From contig NC_089434.1 in NCBI RefSeq assembly GCF_026210795.1, forward strand, positions 5,704,001-5,728,094: a stretch of DNA of 24,094 bases, given 5' to 3'. Source of the DNA: Rhizophagus irregularis (Eukaryota). Shown here in pieces: positions 1 through 11,904 of the stretch (its first letter is position 1; each line of letters starts with the position of its first letter). The position numbers and the translations under genes were made by a program. The notes below the pieces were generated by a model, which did not search any database, was not told where the DNA came from, and saw nothing but the letters and a program-made list of their open reading frames with translations.

Positions 1-1319
1 TTTCTCTCGCTTATCAAATCCCAACATGTCCAAAGACTAATCATGTAGTACGCTGTGGTCTGGAACCACCTGAGATTTTTGACTACCTAGGGATGAAGTT
101 GTAGGATACTTGTACCCGATAGGCTAGCCTCCTCTGACTTAGGGTCTCATTAATCGGGAGATGAGGTGGTTCCTAAGTACCTTCCACATCAAGGGCGGAC
201 ATTTTTTGATACTGTGCGTCAAGGTGGTAATCCTATATCTGCGAATTCAAGAAAAAAAACTCTAAATCAAAAGAATTTGGAAGCAACACATATCAAGGTA
301 ATCTAAGCATTCTTTTTAAAAAAATTTAATCAAAAATTAATTTGGTTTATATATAGTAAACTCAAGAAAAAGAAGATCTAATCATATATCTTCAGAAGAA
401 TATGAGAGTAACGCACATCAAGGTAATTTAAATATTTATTTTTTTTATTTATTAAAGAAAAATAATTAACAAGATCTATTTTCTCTTTAAACAGCAAACT
501 TCAAAAAAAGAGGTGAAATAAATACAAAGGTATATTTTTTTACTAATTTTTATTTATATTTTCTTTTTTTCTAACCTACTAACGTTTGTTTTTACTAATA
601 TATTTTACTACTAAACATACTAATAACATTTTCTATTACTAACCATTTTTTACTAACATTTTTTTAATACTATTCTTTTTCTTTTACGAATACATTATTC
701 ATACTAATATCTTTATTACTAAAATACTATTTCTTTCTTTTAAATATTAAACAGATAAAAATAAGCGCCATTTGTAGATAACAGATATCTAATTATTTAT
801 ATAGCTATATAGAATAATATATTTTTTTGTAATCTTTTTTATTATTAATTAAAAAACAATAAAACTTTTAATTTAATTGAAAATAAGAATAAAATTTGTG
901 TAATAAAATTTTACTTTAGCCCGAATTAAAATTAAAAATTAATCTGAAATTATAATTTTGCCCAGATTAAATTATAATATTATATGAAAAAATTATCTAT
1001 CGTATTGTCAGATAAATGTACGATATGTATCCTATATTTACCCGATATCTATATAACATGTGTCCGATATTATACTGACCAATATCTATATGATATTTAT
1101 ACGACATGTATAAGATATGTGCCCGATATTATACTACCCGATATATGTGTAATATGTGCACGATATCTATAATATATATCACCGAACTTCTGCATAAACA
1201 TTACAGATATCAGGTACCCGATATGTGTGTAATTGTTGCATATCGTATACATATCATATACATATCCTACATATATCTGATACCCGATATGCAACCGATA
1301 GCCTCGATTTTGACCTGTG
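1..1319 (+). mobile_element. Inverted second copy of the CACTA left end (runs off the window)
   Basis: 1-1314 is the reverse complement of 2433-3746 and ends in the complete terminus TTTTGACCTGTG at 1319. Confidence 0.92.
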
Positions 1320-1582
1320 AACATGCGTGCTTTCAAAGTTTCATTTAATTCATCTTCATTTTCTGGAACCCTTCACACATAATTAATGGTTCCTAAATAA
1401 TTGCCTTGATGATATCTAAAAAAATAAAATAAATAAAATTACATTATTGTTTATATATTTTATAAAAATTATTTTTTATATCAAATACTAATACTAACCT
1501 ATATACACCTATTGGAAATGTGAGCTGCAATTCTTTTATGAACCGATATCGTTTCATAATATCAATTGGAAGATATTGCTTA
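1320..1582 (-). pseudogene. Inverted 5' fragment of the Zator-like transposase gene
   Basis: The minus strand reads QYLPIDIMKRYRFIKELQLTFPIGVYR, GT-AG intron, YHQGNYLGTINYV*RVPENEDELNETLKARM. It joins in frame through GTT to LARIHKELPQYFTRQM at 15518. Confidence 0.85.
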
Positions 1583-2425
1583 TAGTGCTCCTAACAGATC
1601 GATCAGATCAGATTTTACTAGATTCAATCTGATCTGAAATTATAAATCTATCTGATCTGATCTGATCTGAATCAGATCGGTTTAAATTTAATCTAAATCA
1701 GATCAGATCGTATCAGATTTTACTTGGGATTCAATCTGCTGATCTGAAATTAATTAAAGTTGATCTCGATCGATCTCGAATCAGATCGGTTTAAATTTAA
1801 TCTAAATCAGATCAGATTTAATTAGATTCAAATCTGATCTGATCTGATTCGAAACTGATTAAATCTGATCTGATCTGAATCTGATCTGATCTGATTTGAA
1901 TCTGATTTGAATCTGAATAAATATATTATAAATTCTAAAGCTATAATTTGTAAATATGTAATTCGGCCAGAATTATGCACTTAACTCCGGCAGGAATTAT
2001 TTAATTTCCTAAAAAGGAAATTTAGGTTACACAAAATTCCAAATTGGTTCCTATAAAAATCGATTTTTGTGGAACGGCTATCGCCAAAAAAGGAAATGAA
2101 CGACATATCCGTTTTGGCTGGAGTTTAAAATTATGAATTAATTCCAGCCGGCATTATGAATTCGGCTGAAATTATTAGTTAAATCAAATCTGAGATCTGA
2201 ATCAAATCTGTCAGATCAAATCTGATCAGATTCAGATTTTAAATAAGCCTAATCTGAATCTGATCTGATCTGATCTGATTTGATTTGAAGTTAATCTGAT
2301 TTGTTCAAATCAAATTTTTTTTGATCTGAATCTGAACTGCAGATTAAATTTATTTGATCTGATCTGAATCTGACAGATCAGATTCAGATCAAATCTGATC
2401 AGATCAGATTTTTTTCGGAAGCGTG
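1583..2425. mobile_element. Non-autonomous element (MITE-like) with dense GATCT/AGATC subterminal arrays
   Basis: Two blocks of (ATCTG)n/(CAGAT)n at ~1595-1915 and ~2180-2410 flank a unique core. It starts TAGTGCTCC and ends GGAAGCGTG. The TIR match is weak and no TSD was found. Confidence 0.6.
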
Positions 2426-2432
2426 CCTTGGA

Positions 2433-2760
2433 GTCAAAATCGAGGCTATCGGTTGCATATCGGGTACCAGATATATGTAGGATATGTATATGATATGTAT
2501 ACGATATGCAACAATTACACACATATCGGGTACCTGATATCTGTAATGTTTATGCAGAAGTTCGGTGATATATATTATAGATATCGTGCACATATTACAC
2601 ATATATCGGGTAGTATAATATCGGGCACATATCTTATACATGTCGTATAAATATCATATAGATATTGGTCAGTATAATATCGGACACATGTTATATAGAT
2701 ATCGGGTAAATATAGGATACATATCGTACATTTATCTGACAATACGATAGATAATTTTTT
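2433..2760. repeat. Left subterminal ATATCGG(G) repeat array of the CACTA element
   Basis: Many ATATCG(G) copies, and the same motif recurs at 15290-15490. This is typical of CACTA subterminal binding sites. Confidence 0.8.
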
Positions 2761-2968
2761 CATATAATATTATAATTTAATCTGGGCAAAATTATAATTT
2801 CAGATTAATTTTTAATTTTAATTCGGGCTAAAGTAAAATTTTATTACACAAATTTTATTCTTATTTTCAATTAAATTAAAAGTTTTATTGTTTTTTAATT
2901 AATAATAAAAAAGATTACAAAAAAATATATTATTCTATATAGCTATATAAATAATTAGATATCTGTTA

Positions 2969-3510
2969 TCTACAAATGGCGCTTATTTTTATCTGTTTAA
3001 TATTTAAAAGAAAGAAATAGTATTTTAGTAATAAAGATATTAGTATGAATAATGTATTCGTAAAAGAAAAAGAATAGTATTAAAAAAATGTTAGTAAAAA
3101 ATGGTTAGTAATAGAAAATGTTATTAGTATGTTTAGTAGTAAAATATATTAGTAAAAACAAACGTTAGTAGGTTAGAAAAAAGAAAATATAAATAAAAAT
3201 TAGTAAAAAAATATACCTTTGTATTTATTTCACCTCTTTTTTTGAAGTTTGCTGTTTAAAGAGAAAATAGATCTTGTTAATTATTTTTCTTTAATAAATA
3301 AAAAAAATAAATATTTAAATTACCTTGATGTGCGTTACTCTCATATTCTTCTGAAGATATATGATTAGATCTTCTTTTTTCTTGAGTTTACTATATATAA
3401 ACCAAATTAATTTTTGATTAAATTTTTTTTAAAAAGAATGCTTAGATTACCTTGATATGTGTTGCTTCCAAATTCTTTTGATTTAGAGTTTTTTTCTTGA
3501 ATTCGCAGAT
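2969..3510 (-). pseudogene. Small multi-exon gene remnant with duplicated micro-exons (mirror copy at ~240-778 on +)
   Basis: In the + copy there are GT donors after CATATCAAG, CACATCAAG and TACAAAG and AG acceptors after AT-rich introns. The exons encode similar peptides (NSRK..SKEFGSNTYQ and NSRKRRSNHISSEEYESNAHQ). No start codon was identified. Confidence 0.45.
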
Positions 3511-3991
3511 ATAGGATTACCACCTTGACGCACAGTATCAAAAAATGTCCGCCCTTGATGTGGAAGGTACTTAGGAACCACCTCATCTCCCGATTAATGA
3601 GACCCTAAGTCAGAGGAGGCTAGCCTATCGGGTACAAGTACCCTACAACTTCATCCCTAGGTAGTCAAAAATCTCAGGTGGTTCCAGACCACAGCGTACT
3701 ACATGATTAGTCTTTGGACATGTTGGGATTTGATAAGTGAGAGAAAAAATACTCCAGCGCCAGCGTTTTGTAAAGAATAATAAAATAATATTTTTAAGTT
3801 AGTTCTTTCTTTATTAAATTTTTGAAAAAGTTTTGTTTCTTAAAATCGTAAAAAAATGCTGGTTGCTACAACTGACGGACAACGACAAATTGTCAGGTAC
3901 CCCGGACAAAGTAATTGGAAGGCAGAAAATGTCATAAAATATCCAGCCCTATTTCATAACATTTTCCTCCAGGCTAAAGCAAATATTACAA

Positions 3992-4170
3992 AAGAAATTG
4001 CAAATATATTTAACAAGCAATAGATACATGGCCGTTGAAAAATATATTCACACTTCATATTGTAATACCACAGTCTAACAAAGAAAGACAAGAAATTGCA
4101 AATATATTTAACAAGCAATAGATACATGGCCGTTGAAAAATATATTCGCACTTATACCACAAAGAAAGAC
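3992..4170. repeat. Direct duplication, ~98-bp period
   Basis: AAGAAATTGCAAATATATTTAACAAGCAATAGATACATGGCCGTTGAAAAA at 3992 and 4090. Confidence 0.9.
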
Positions 4171-4598
4171 TCAAACCACTATTGTAAAGAAAAATATGAA
4201 AAATACGCGTATATCCTATTTTCATACCTTGCTTAACAGTTCCACTATTTATTTAAAAGAGAATTTTCTCTTTTTTGTATGTGGGTAGGGGTACATTTTT
4301 TCCTTTTTTTTATTCTTTTCTTTTGTATATAGTAGATGAGTATGTCTTACTATATTAAATATATAAACTAAAGTGCCAAAGTATTGTTAATATTGTAAAA
4401 GATAAGTAAAGTATACTTGGATAAAAGAGAAAAGAAGAGACGAACCGTAAAGCGTTAATAAAAGATAAGTAAGAAGAGAAAAGTGTATTTTTGAAAATAA
4501 ACAAAAAAAATCGCGCATTAATTTTAGATATCACATGTAATCAAAGCGATTTTAATTGGTTATTAATATACATGCATAAATGTCATGTGATTTTAGTG

Positions 4599-4725
4599 AC
4601 GAAACTGTAAACCTGCGTAATATTACGGTTAAAATATTTCAAAAATTTACGAGACTGTAAACCTGCGTAATATTACGGTTAAAATATTTTGAAAATTTAC
4701 GAGACTGTAAACCTGCGTAATATTA
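4599..4725. repeat. 50-bp tandem repeat, ~2.5 copies
   Basis: ACGARACTGTAAACCTGCGTAATATTA at 4599, 4649 and 4699. Confidence 0.95.
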
Positions 4726-5079
4726 TTACTATTTGATCGTTAAAGCTGCGTATGCAGTAGAACGTATACAAGGGCATGTGATACTATTGAATAATCAAAA
4801 ATAATATTAACACCTTTTCTTTTAAGTTTGGGAAAGCAGATTTTTTTATTATTTACAATTTTTATGTTAAAAATTAAAGTAAATTCTAATTTTTATTATA
4901 ACTTAATAAAAAATACACATTTGATACTTGTTCGCTACTATTTTACTATAAAATAGTATCCAGGCTGTACGGCATGAACGTCAGTATCAGTTACAGCCCA
5001 AAAAAACGTAAGTCTCCAGCCGATATTTGGTACGGACTGGGCCTAGCTATTCACTTAATAAATAAAAAAATAAAAATAA

Positions 5080-5410
5080 TTATCTTCTTCTACGATACGT
5101 AGGTAAGTTTCTCCTTCTCCTACGATCGTCACGCGTAACTAAAATTGATCAAATTTATCAAATTTAAAATGTGAACGTAAAATAGAATGTAATATTAATT
5201 ATAAAATTTTATTATAATATAATTACCTGGCCTCTTCCAAAATCTTGTTCTAAATTCATAATAATATTTTTGGCCAGTACTCATTCACAGCTACTGCCAA
5301 ATGTGGCAAAAAACTGGCTTTCTGTACAAGTTACAGCAACAGCTTTTGATCTGGTTTTGGTGAAGTGATGAATTTGAAAAAAAACCAATATTTTTTTGAA
5401 TTCATTTATA
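5080..5410 (-). pseudogene. Decayed paralog of the Myb/SANT gene
   Basis: 5284-5227 encodes STGQKYYYEFRTRFWKRP followed by a phase-1 GT donor, matching RAGAIYFEVMNTRFWEKP and the intron position of the intact gene. The next segment, DKFDQ, resembles DDQFVQ. Confidence 0.6.
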
Positions 5411-6039
5411 AACATTTTTGGGAGTTTATACAAATCTTTACAAAAAATATTATATATACGTATTATTGTATTACGCTAATTTAAACCTTTACATGTAAAA
5501 CATTGGAAGATATCAACATTACTTAGATTTGTTGGTAAAATTGGAGTAGACAGTAAAATAATAGATATTATATGAGAAAAATTTCAAATAATAAAAAAAA
5601 CCAAATAAGAAATATACACAAAATATTAAAGATAATTTCTTTTTTTTTTAAATATAATTAAAAAAAAACTTACTAAATACTCGGCTTAATATTTAACCAA
5701 ATGGTTTGTTTCTCTATAGGAGAAATAGGTTTTTTATAAGAAATTTTTATATCTTAATAATATATATATATTTATACAATAATATCATTTTGATATTTTT
5801 TTGTAAAAATATTATCAATAATACCGGTTGAAGAATATTGTTAATATTGGTCATGAATCGTCACACTATTGACCAACGGTAACGAAGAATCGGCTGATCG
5901 GACTAGTCAATTATGGTTTGTGTGCCAAATGATAATCTTTTTTAACTTTTTTCTTTTTTACTTCTTTTTTTTGTAGATATCGGCTTTTTGGATTGGTAAT
6001 TTGAACGACCAGGCTCTTAAACGAACGACAAAATAAAGT

Positions 6040-6241
6040 TCGTTCTTTTTCTTTGTTTTTACTTCCAGGGAATGTAATTAACGTTCCCTTTTCTTTTTTT
6101 AGTGACCTGGACGAACGAACAAGCCGAACACCCAGGAACTTGAACGAAACAAAGGTATGTTTCGTTCTTTTTTAGTTTTTACTTCAAGGGAACGTAATTA
6201 ACGTTCCCTTTTCTTTTTTTAGCGATCTGGACGAACGAACA
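6040..6241 (+). repeat. 120-bp tandem duplication with intron/micro-exon-like structure
   Basis: TTCGTTCTTTT...AGGGAAYGTAATTAACGTTCCCTTTTCTTTTTTTAG...CTGGACGAACGAAC occurs twice, 120 bp apart. The unit has a donor (AAAG|GTATGT) and a polypyrimidine-AG acceptor. Confidence 0.85.
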
Positions 6242-6468
6242 AAAAAATTGGTGTATGGCAGTCTGCCAGATGATCAGTAATTGAAAGGGACCAATAAATT
6301 AATTAGCATAACGAAAACAATTTTTAAGAGCATTGGATATCATTTAAGGATCTTATAGAAAAGGCTTTAATTTTTAGCGGCGCTGAAAATTTTGATGATA
6401 GTCATGTATCAATTATTAAGTATTATTTGATTCTTGCATCAAATCATACTAATTTTATATAATTACAG

Positions 6469-6545
6469 AGATTTGTTGGGAAGATTTTGAAGCTCCGGAA
6501 TGGTGCGTACCTATTAAAGCTAATGTATTAACATTTGAATGGGAC
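6469..6545 (+). pseudogene. Captured exon resembling an MT-A70 family (AMT1/MTA1-like) adenine methyltransferase
   Basis: The exon is bounded by TTACAG| and |GTAAGT and encodes EDFEAPEWCVPIKANVLTFEWD. From memory, this is the segment just before FDVILMDPPW in MT-A70 proteins of early-diverging fungi. No DPPW exon follows. Confidence 0.7.
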
Positions 6546-6936
6546 GTAAGTACCAAAATACAAGATATTCAAAATTTTAGAATTACCACAAATATTTTTT
6601 GCTTGTAATTCTTATCAAAGTTACAGTTGCTAATAGAGCTCAAATTATTAATAATTATACATTTTAAAAATATTCCGCATTAAGTTTAGCATTATTTGAA
6701 GACTTTTTTATTTGGTAATACCCTCCCCTTAACTTTTCCTCGCCACTTTCATAAACGATAATAAACGATTGTGAACAATAATAAGTGATATGATAGATTG
6801 AGGGTTGATCGGGTGGTGTGTGTATTAGTGATATTATAATCAATGGTGTATAACAAAAAGCTAACAAATGATAATAAAATGATAATGATAATAAATGATA
6901 ATAAACAATTGTGAAAAAATGATAGAAAATAAAAAC

Positions 6937-7803
6937 TCATTCATTATTATCATCATCGACTAAAAAAGGAAAAGAAATTAATAAATTTTGTATTTACGAC
7001 TAAAAAAGAAAAAAAAATTAATAAATTTTGTACTTACCATTTCGATCTTCTGTATTTTGAGTATTCGTATTCGTATTTTGAGTATTCCGGCTCCCACGTG
7101 CTATAAAATATTAAGAAAATCAATAAAAATTTATAATTTGATTAAACTTTTATACTTTACATACCATTCCTTCTATTGTTTCGTCTGTGTTGAGTTTTAT
7201 TAACACCAATTGAAGCCTGTACAAACTGATCATCTAGAAACATATTAAATCATATTAAATAAAACAATTTACCTCTTTAATATAATCATTTTGTTGATTA
7301 TGTAATGTTGTTAGATTTAAAAGTTCTTACCTGGTTTTTCCCAAAACCGTGTATTCATGACTTCAAAATAAATGGCACCAGCACGGCTTCTTGCCCCTCT
7401 CGGATCGTTTGCAATCACTAATAATTGATCCTAAAGTATTAAGTGTTAAATAAGTATTAAAATTACTATTACAACAAATTTTTATTAATATTTAACTCAC
7501 GTGATAACTGGTCACTAATCCATTGAATTTTGTTTGGCACTGTTTGCCCGAATAATTGCTTCCACACCTCTCATTTACTTTATTCGCAACGGAATTCCAG
7601 AATCTTTTTCTACTTCTTCCTGCAATTTGATAATGGTACTCGAAGTTTCTTGACCTCCGCTGCTCAATCAAAACTGCGATTTGGTCATCCGACCACTCCA
7701 CCCGGCCGGAAGAATAAGTTATAGTGTCGAAAATGGAGGTAGTATTGACATTGATGGTATTGGTATCATTGACGGTGGTTGAATCAGTTGAAGATGAGGA
7801 CAT
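6937..7803 (-). CDS. Myb/SANT-like (trihelix-type) DNA-binding protein, 5 exons, apparently intact
   Basis: Exons 7803-7501, 7430-7331, 7233-7165, 7100-7038 and 6959-6937 are joined by GT-AG introns in consistent phase. The WSDDQIAVLIEQRR...FWNSVANKVN...GKQCQTKFNGL pattern is Myb/SANT-like. An alternative upstream ATG is at 7848. Confidence 0.85.
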
Positions 7804-8494
7804 TGTTTGAAATTTTGTTAAAAAATTGTTTAGAATATTTGGAAACATATTTGATAAAAAAAAATATGTATTGATTATTAATTAGTATTGATTATCAAAA
7901 AAATGCGAGAAAGTTCTTGTAACAATTCTAATTATGCCATTCAATTATCATGATATTACATCATTTCATTTTTTAATTATTAGTACAATTTTTAATGTAA
8001 CACCATTTCAAAATGATTTTGTTGATTCATGATATTATATCATAAAATTCACAAAACAGAGAATTCGTAAAACTCCGTCTCTTGTCCATTAAAAGTGATT
8101 AAAATGTCGATCTTCCATTGTTTTCCATCGTACAAAAAAAAAAAATTAGCCATTAAAAGTGATTAAAAATTTTGTAAATTAGGCCCGGTATTATTCTTAC
8201 GTAAAAATTAACATTTATTTATTACGACTTACTAATGCGAAAAAAAATTAATTAATTTTATTAATTTTACATCTTGGATTGATTTAATGTTAATTTTCAA
8301 AAGTTGAATTAATGTTGAGCGCGTTAAACGAATTCGTTGAGCAAAAATTATGCTTATGTAATACGCGATTAATAATTTTTCATTTGATGAAAGTCACGAG
8401 ACATACTATCTTCTTGCTTATATTATACACGATTATCACTAAGCTTAAAATGGAAATCAAATGTGTCATCATTTTCTTTATTTGGTGTGGCATA

Positions 8495-11400
8495 CTACAA
8501 GTTAAATCTTCTATTCAAAGGTATAATCGACAAATATTTTTGTTTTCCTACCGTAATATTTCTAAATTTTGTAGCTCGACATAATATCCTATGAACCGCT
8601 AACAGGGAATCACAACCTTCTTGAAAGTATTCAGCTTTCCATAATTCGGTATTTGATATTTCTGGCTCCATAAAACTATGTTTAAACCGAATACTAAAAG
8701 AAGGTGCAGGTTTATACCACTTGACATATGCTAGGAGGTGAGTTTTCGTTCCTTCTGGAAATCTAAGGGCATGCTCGAAATAATATTGGACTTCACCCGG
8801 ATAAGTGTCAACTGAATCATCATTAGCTGCTTTCCATTTTGCAAATATATTCGCATTTTTTTCATGGCGACCAGAAATCATAGATCCAAATATTTCGGCG
8901 CCAATTTGTAGTCTTGCATGCTGATTCATATGCAAATCCATAAATCCTAACACATCTTCTTTTTCCTTTTCATATAATATTGCATACCATTCACATAGAA
9001 ATCCTCGCAACTCCAAAGGCATAACGACATTGATATATGATGGGTTAAGCATTTGGCCAGGTAATGGTTCAGTGCCATATATTTTGGAAACCATAGACGT
9101 ATTATGTCTCATGAATAGAAAATGCTGCAGTTCCTCCCTTTCTGCTGTGATTGCTAAACTTCCTACAGCTTTTTTTGGTACAAGAAGATGGAGAGATTCA
9201 TCTAGAAGGCCAGATGTCCATTTACATGATAAGTGATAATCCACCAAAGTGTTTTTAAGAACAATTTTCATTAATTCGGGTTCTATTTGTCGGTTACTAT
9301 TAGGATATGATCCTAAATAACAGGAATTTTTTTAATAAAGGTACTTAAAGACAATTGAAAGACACTGAAGTAAATTTACCTATATATCCATTAAGTCTTT
9401 CAAACGGGAAAAGCCAAAAACTATATATAGGACCATAATCACGACAGCAATCAGGGATATGAAGTGCGAGATGTATATTGCTTGTTATAAATTCTGGTCC
9501 ATATGTATATTCTATAAGGTAGGCCATATCTTTTAACCTCTCTTGCGCCTCCTTCAAATCATCATCTGTAATAAATCTTGCTACTAAAAGATTACAAGCT
9601 CGAACAAAATGCCCTAAGATCTTTCTATCATTATCATCTAGCATATCCCATAATATAGATGTAGAATAAATCATAATAAAGGTCTTCCATTGATCAGCAG
9701 TTAAGTTAGAAAACCCATCATTTCCGATTGCAATCTTTGGAGGAATTCTACCAATGTCAGAAGGTAAATCAATATTATCCATTCTGTTTTGTGCTACACG
9801 AAGTTGTTCCATAGTTAATTTTTTTTGGTTTACAAAAATGGATTTGATTATCCATTTTGCAACACCGAGAAAAAGACAATGCGATAGGATGCCGAAAATA
9901 AGCAAAGAAATAATCGTATACATTCCACGTACGGTAAGAAGGCTGAAGCAGCTTCAGTGCCATCTTATTACCATGTACTTTAAAATGTGCTTCTCTGGAG
10001 GACTTTGAGTTACATTGCAACCATTCGCTTGAGCATATTGTCTATGTAATAAAAGATCTGCAGGCTTTGTTACCCATTCATTATAGTCTTGCATTCCTCC
10101 GTAATGAGTTTTTCTAAATTCCTCGCTATAAGTGGTACGTTTATCACACCTATAGCATTTCATTACTGCAGATCCATGACCAAATAACTTTCGTGTAGCT
10201 GGAGTATCAGATGATCCAACAATTAACGCAACTTTTATTTCTAAACCATTGGAAAATTGGTGAGTTTTTGGTACTTTCCACCCCTTCCAAAGTTCTAATA
10301 ACTCATCTACAATAGGAGCTAGATAATGATTAATGCGTTCCAACCCTCTCTTTTGGTCCATTGGTAAGAAACCCAAATATATAATATTTTCGGGCTTATT
10401 CCTTTCTGACCTTGGAAGATTGCAAATAGACGCGTAAATAGCGCCAGTACTATGCTGCGTGTAGGAGAATTCATTGGAACCTAATCAAGATTAAGGAGAA
10501 GACCTGCATATTGGTTAGTAAGGCCCCCAATTACGCAAAAAAGCGGTACTACCATCAAATGGAAAATTTTTCCATACCTTACCATCGTAAATATCTGAAT
10601 AGATATTATTTTCGTTCTTTGAGTCCCTGATAATTTTAACATGTTCTCAAAATCTGGTCGTTGATATAAAATGCTCAATTGCTGACGAATGTTTGGCTTA
10701 GGATAAAACATGCGAGTGCCACAATTGTTGCATCTTTATTTTTTTTGAGAATGGAAAGTGGATTATTGCATTGGTGATTACGACTTGATATTGGATTATT
10801 TGGATACTCTTTATACGGGCAATTCATTATAGCAACTTTTCCTTCTTCCTTATATGCAATAATATCTTTAACATTATGCAATTTATGGCAATCGGTACAT
10901 GCAGCTAATTGCATTTTCGGTTGAAAAATGTTTAACCATATTTTTGCCATATATAATGAGGTAGGAAAATTTTCAAATTGCAACTTATCAAAGCGCATAA
11001 GAATTATATGAAAAAATTTTATTAAGGATTCAAGTGCAATATCAGGCAATCGAAATCTTTGTTGAAATTTAAATAGCCATATTATAATCTCAGTATTAAT
11101 AGAATCACTTAAGCTTTCCACTATAAATGCTTCTTCATTGTCATTGTCAATCTTAGGAGATGCGAAAAAATCTTCTACATCATCATTCTCCTCTCCTTCA
11201 TCCACATCATCATTCTCTTCCTCATCCATATTATCTACATCATCATTCTCCTCTCCTTCATTCACATCATCATTCTCTTCCTCATCCATATTATTTACAT
11301 CATCATTCTCCTCTCCCTCATCCACATCATCATTCTCTTCCTCATCCATATTATTTACATCATCATTCTCTTCCCCCTCATTTATATTATCTACATTATA

Positions 11401-11904
11401 ATTCTCACCAAAATAATTGATTTCATCATTATTTTCATCAATTGTAGGTGCTGGAATACGAAAACATGAAGGTTTTGATGAAAATAATGTTATATTTTCT
11501 TCAATATATTGGAAAGAAGGACCAGGATGGGAAGAGTCCTGATCTGGACTAGATGTACCGGAGTAATTATTTCTTTCTCGCTTTTTTGATATATTCAATT
11601 TTATTTCTGTATTTATATATGTATTATTAACAGATGATGTTTTTTTCTTTCTTATCATGATGGTATTTTCCTGATTTTTTCTAGAATCTTTTGATCTCGA
11701 TTCCCACAAACTATCATCATACGTATGTTTCTCTTGAGTGCGAGAATCAACTTCTGCACCTTTGCAACGAGCACAATTGCAAATATACAAATACTTTTTT
11801 TTGGGCTTTATTAAATCAGCCACAAAGGTTTCAGAGGTTTCAACTTTACGTTTTTTATTACTCTTTATTAATCCAGATACAGAGTTACATTTTTTATTAC
11901 TCAT
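8495..11904 (-). pseudogene. CACTA/EnSpm Tnp2 (TnpD-like) transposase, frameshifted
   Basis: Successive fragments: N-terminal CNCARC..H, a Cys cluster, SDIYDGKVWK, GLLLNLD*, STGAIYASICNLPRSER, YLAPIVDELLELW, DTPATRKLFGH, HCLFLGVAKW, NIHLALHIPDCCRDYGPIYSFWLFPFERLNG and PGEVQYYFEH..LAYVKWYK. There is an intron at 9313-9379, and several frameshifts plus a stop between 9900 and 10720. Confidence 0.92.
11175..11396. repeat. 60-bp coding tandem repeat (27+33 substructure), ~3.7 copies
   Basis: Encodes (EGEENDDVNNMDEEENDDVD)n in the acidic linker of the transposase. Confidence 0.95.

Larger units (their letters stand above)
1..3746. repeat. Long inverted repeat: arms 1-1314 and 2433-3746, spacer ~1.1 kb
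   Basis: Direct reverse-complement match. Differences seen: transitions at 9, 106 and 1280, plus two compensating homopolymer indels. Confidence 0.97.

Noticed and set aside
120..200. GCCTCCTC as an HDV-like ribozyme loop
   Set aside because: No matching P3/P1 strands for the nested double pseudoknot.
1961..1976. TTCGGCCAGAATTAT also present inverted near 18155-18169
   Set aside because: A 15-nt match only, with no extension. Not enough to link the two elements.
984..2763. Short Ile/Tyr/Cys-rich ORFs on both strands
   Set aside because: They are translations of the ATATCGG and GATCT repeat arrays, mirrored by the inverted repeat.
4599..4725. CRISPR-like repeat spacing
   Set aside because: The intervening sequences are nearly identical, so it is a plain tandem repeat. 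The context is eukaryotic and there are no cas genes.
11138..11420. Ser-rich and His-rich plus-strand ORFs
   Set aside because: Antisense shadows of the acidic repeat in the transposase.
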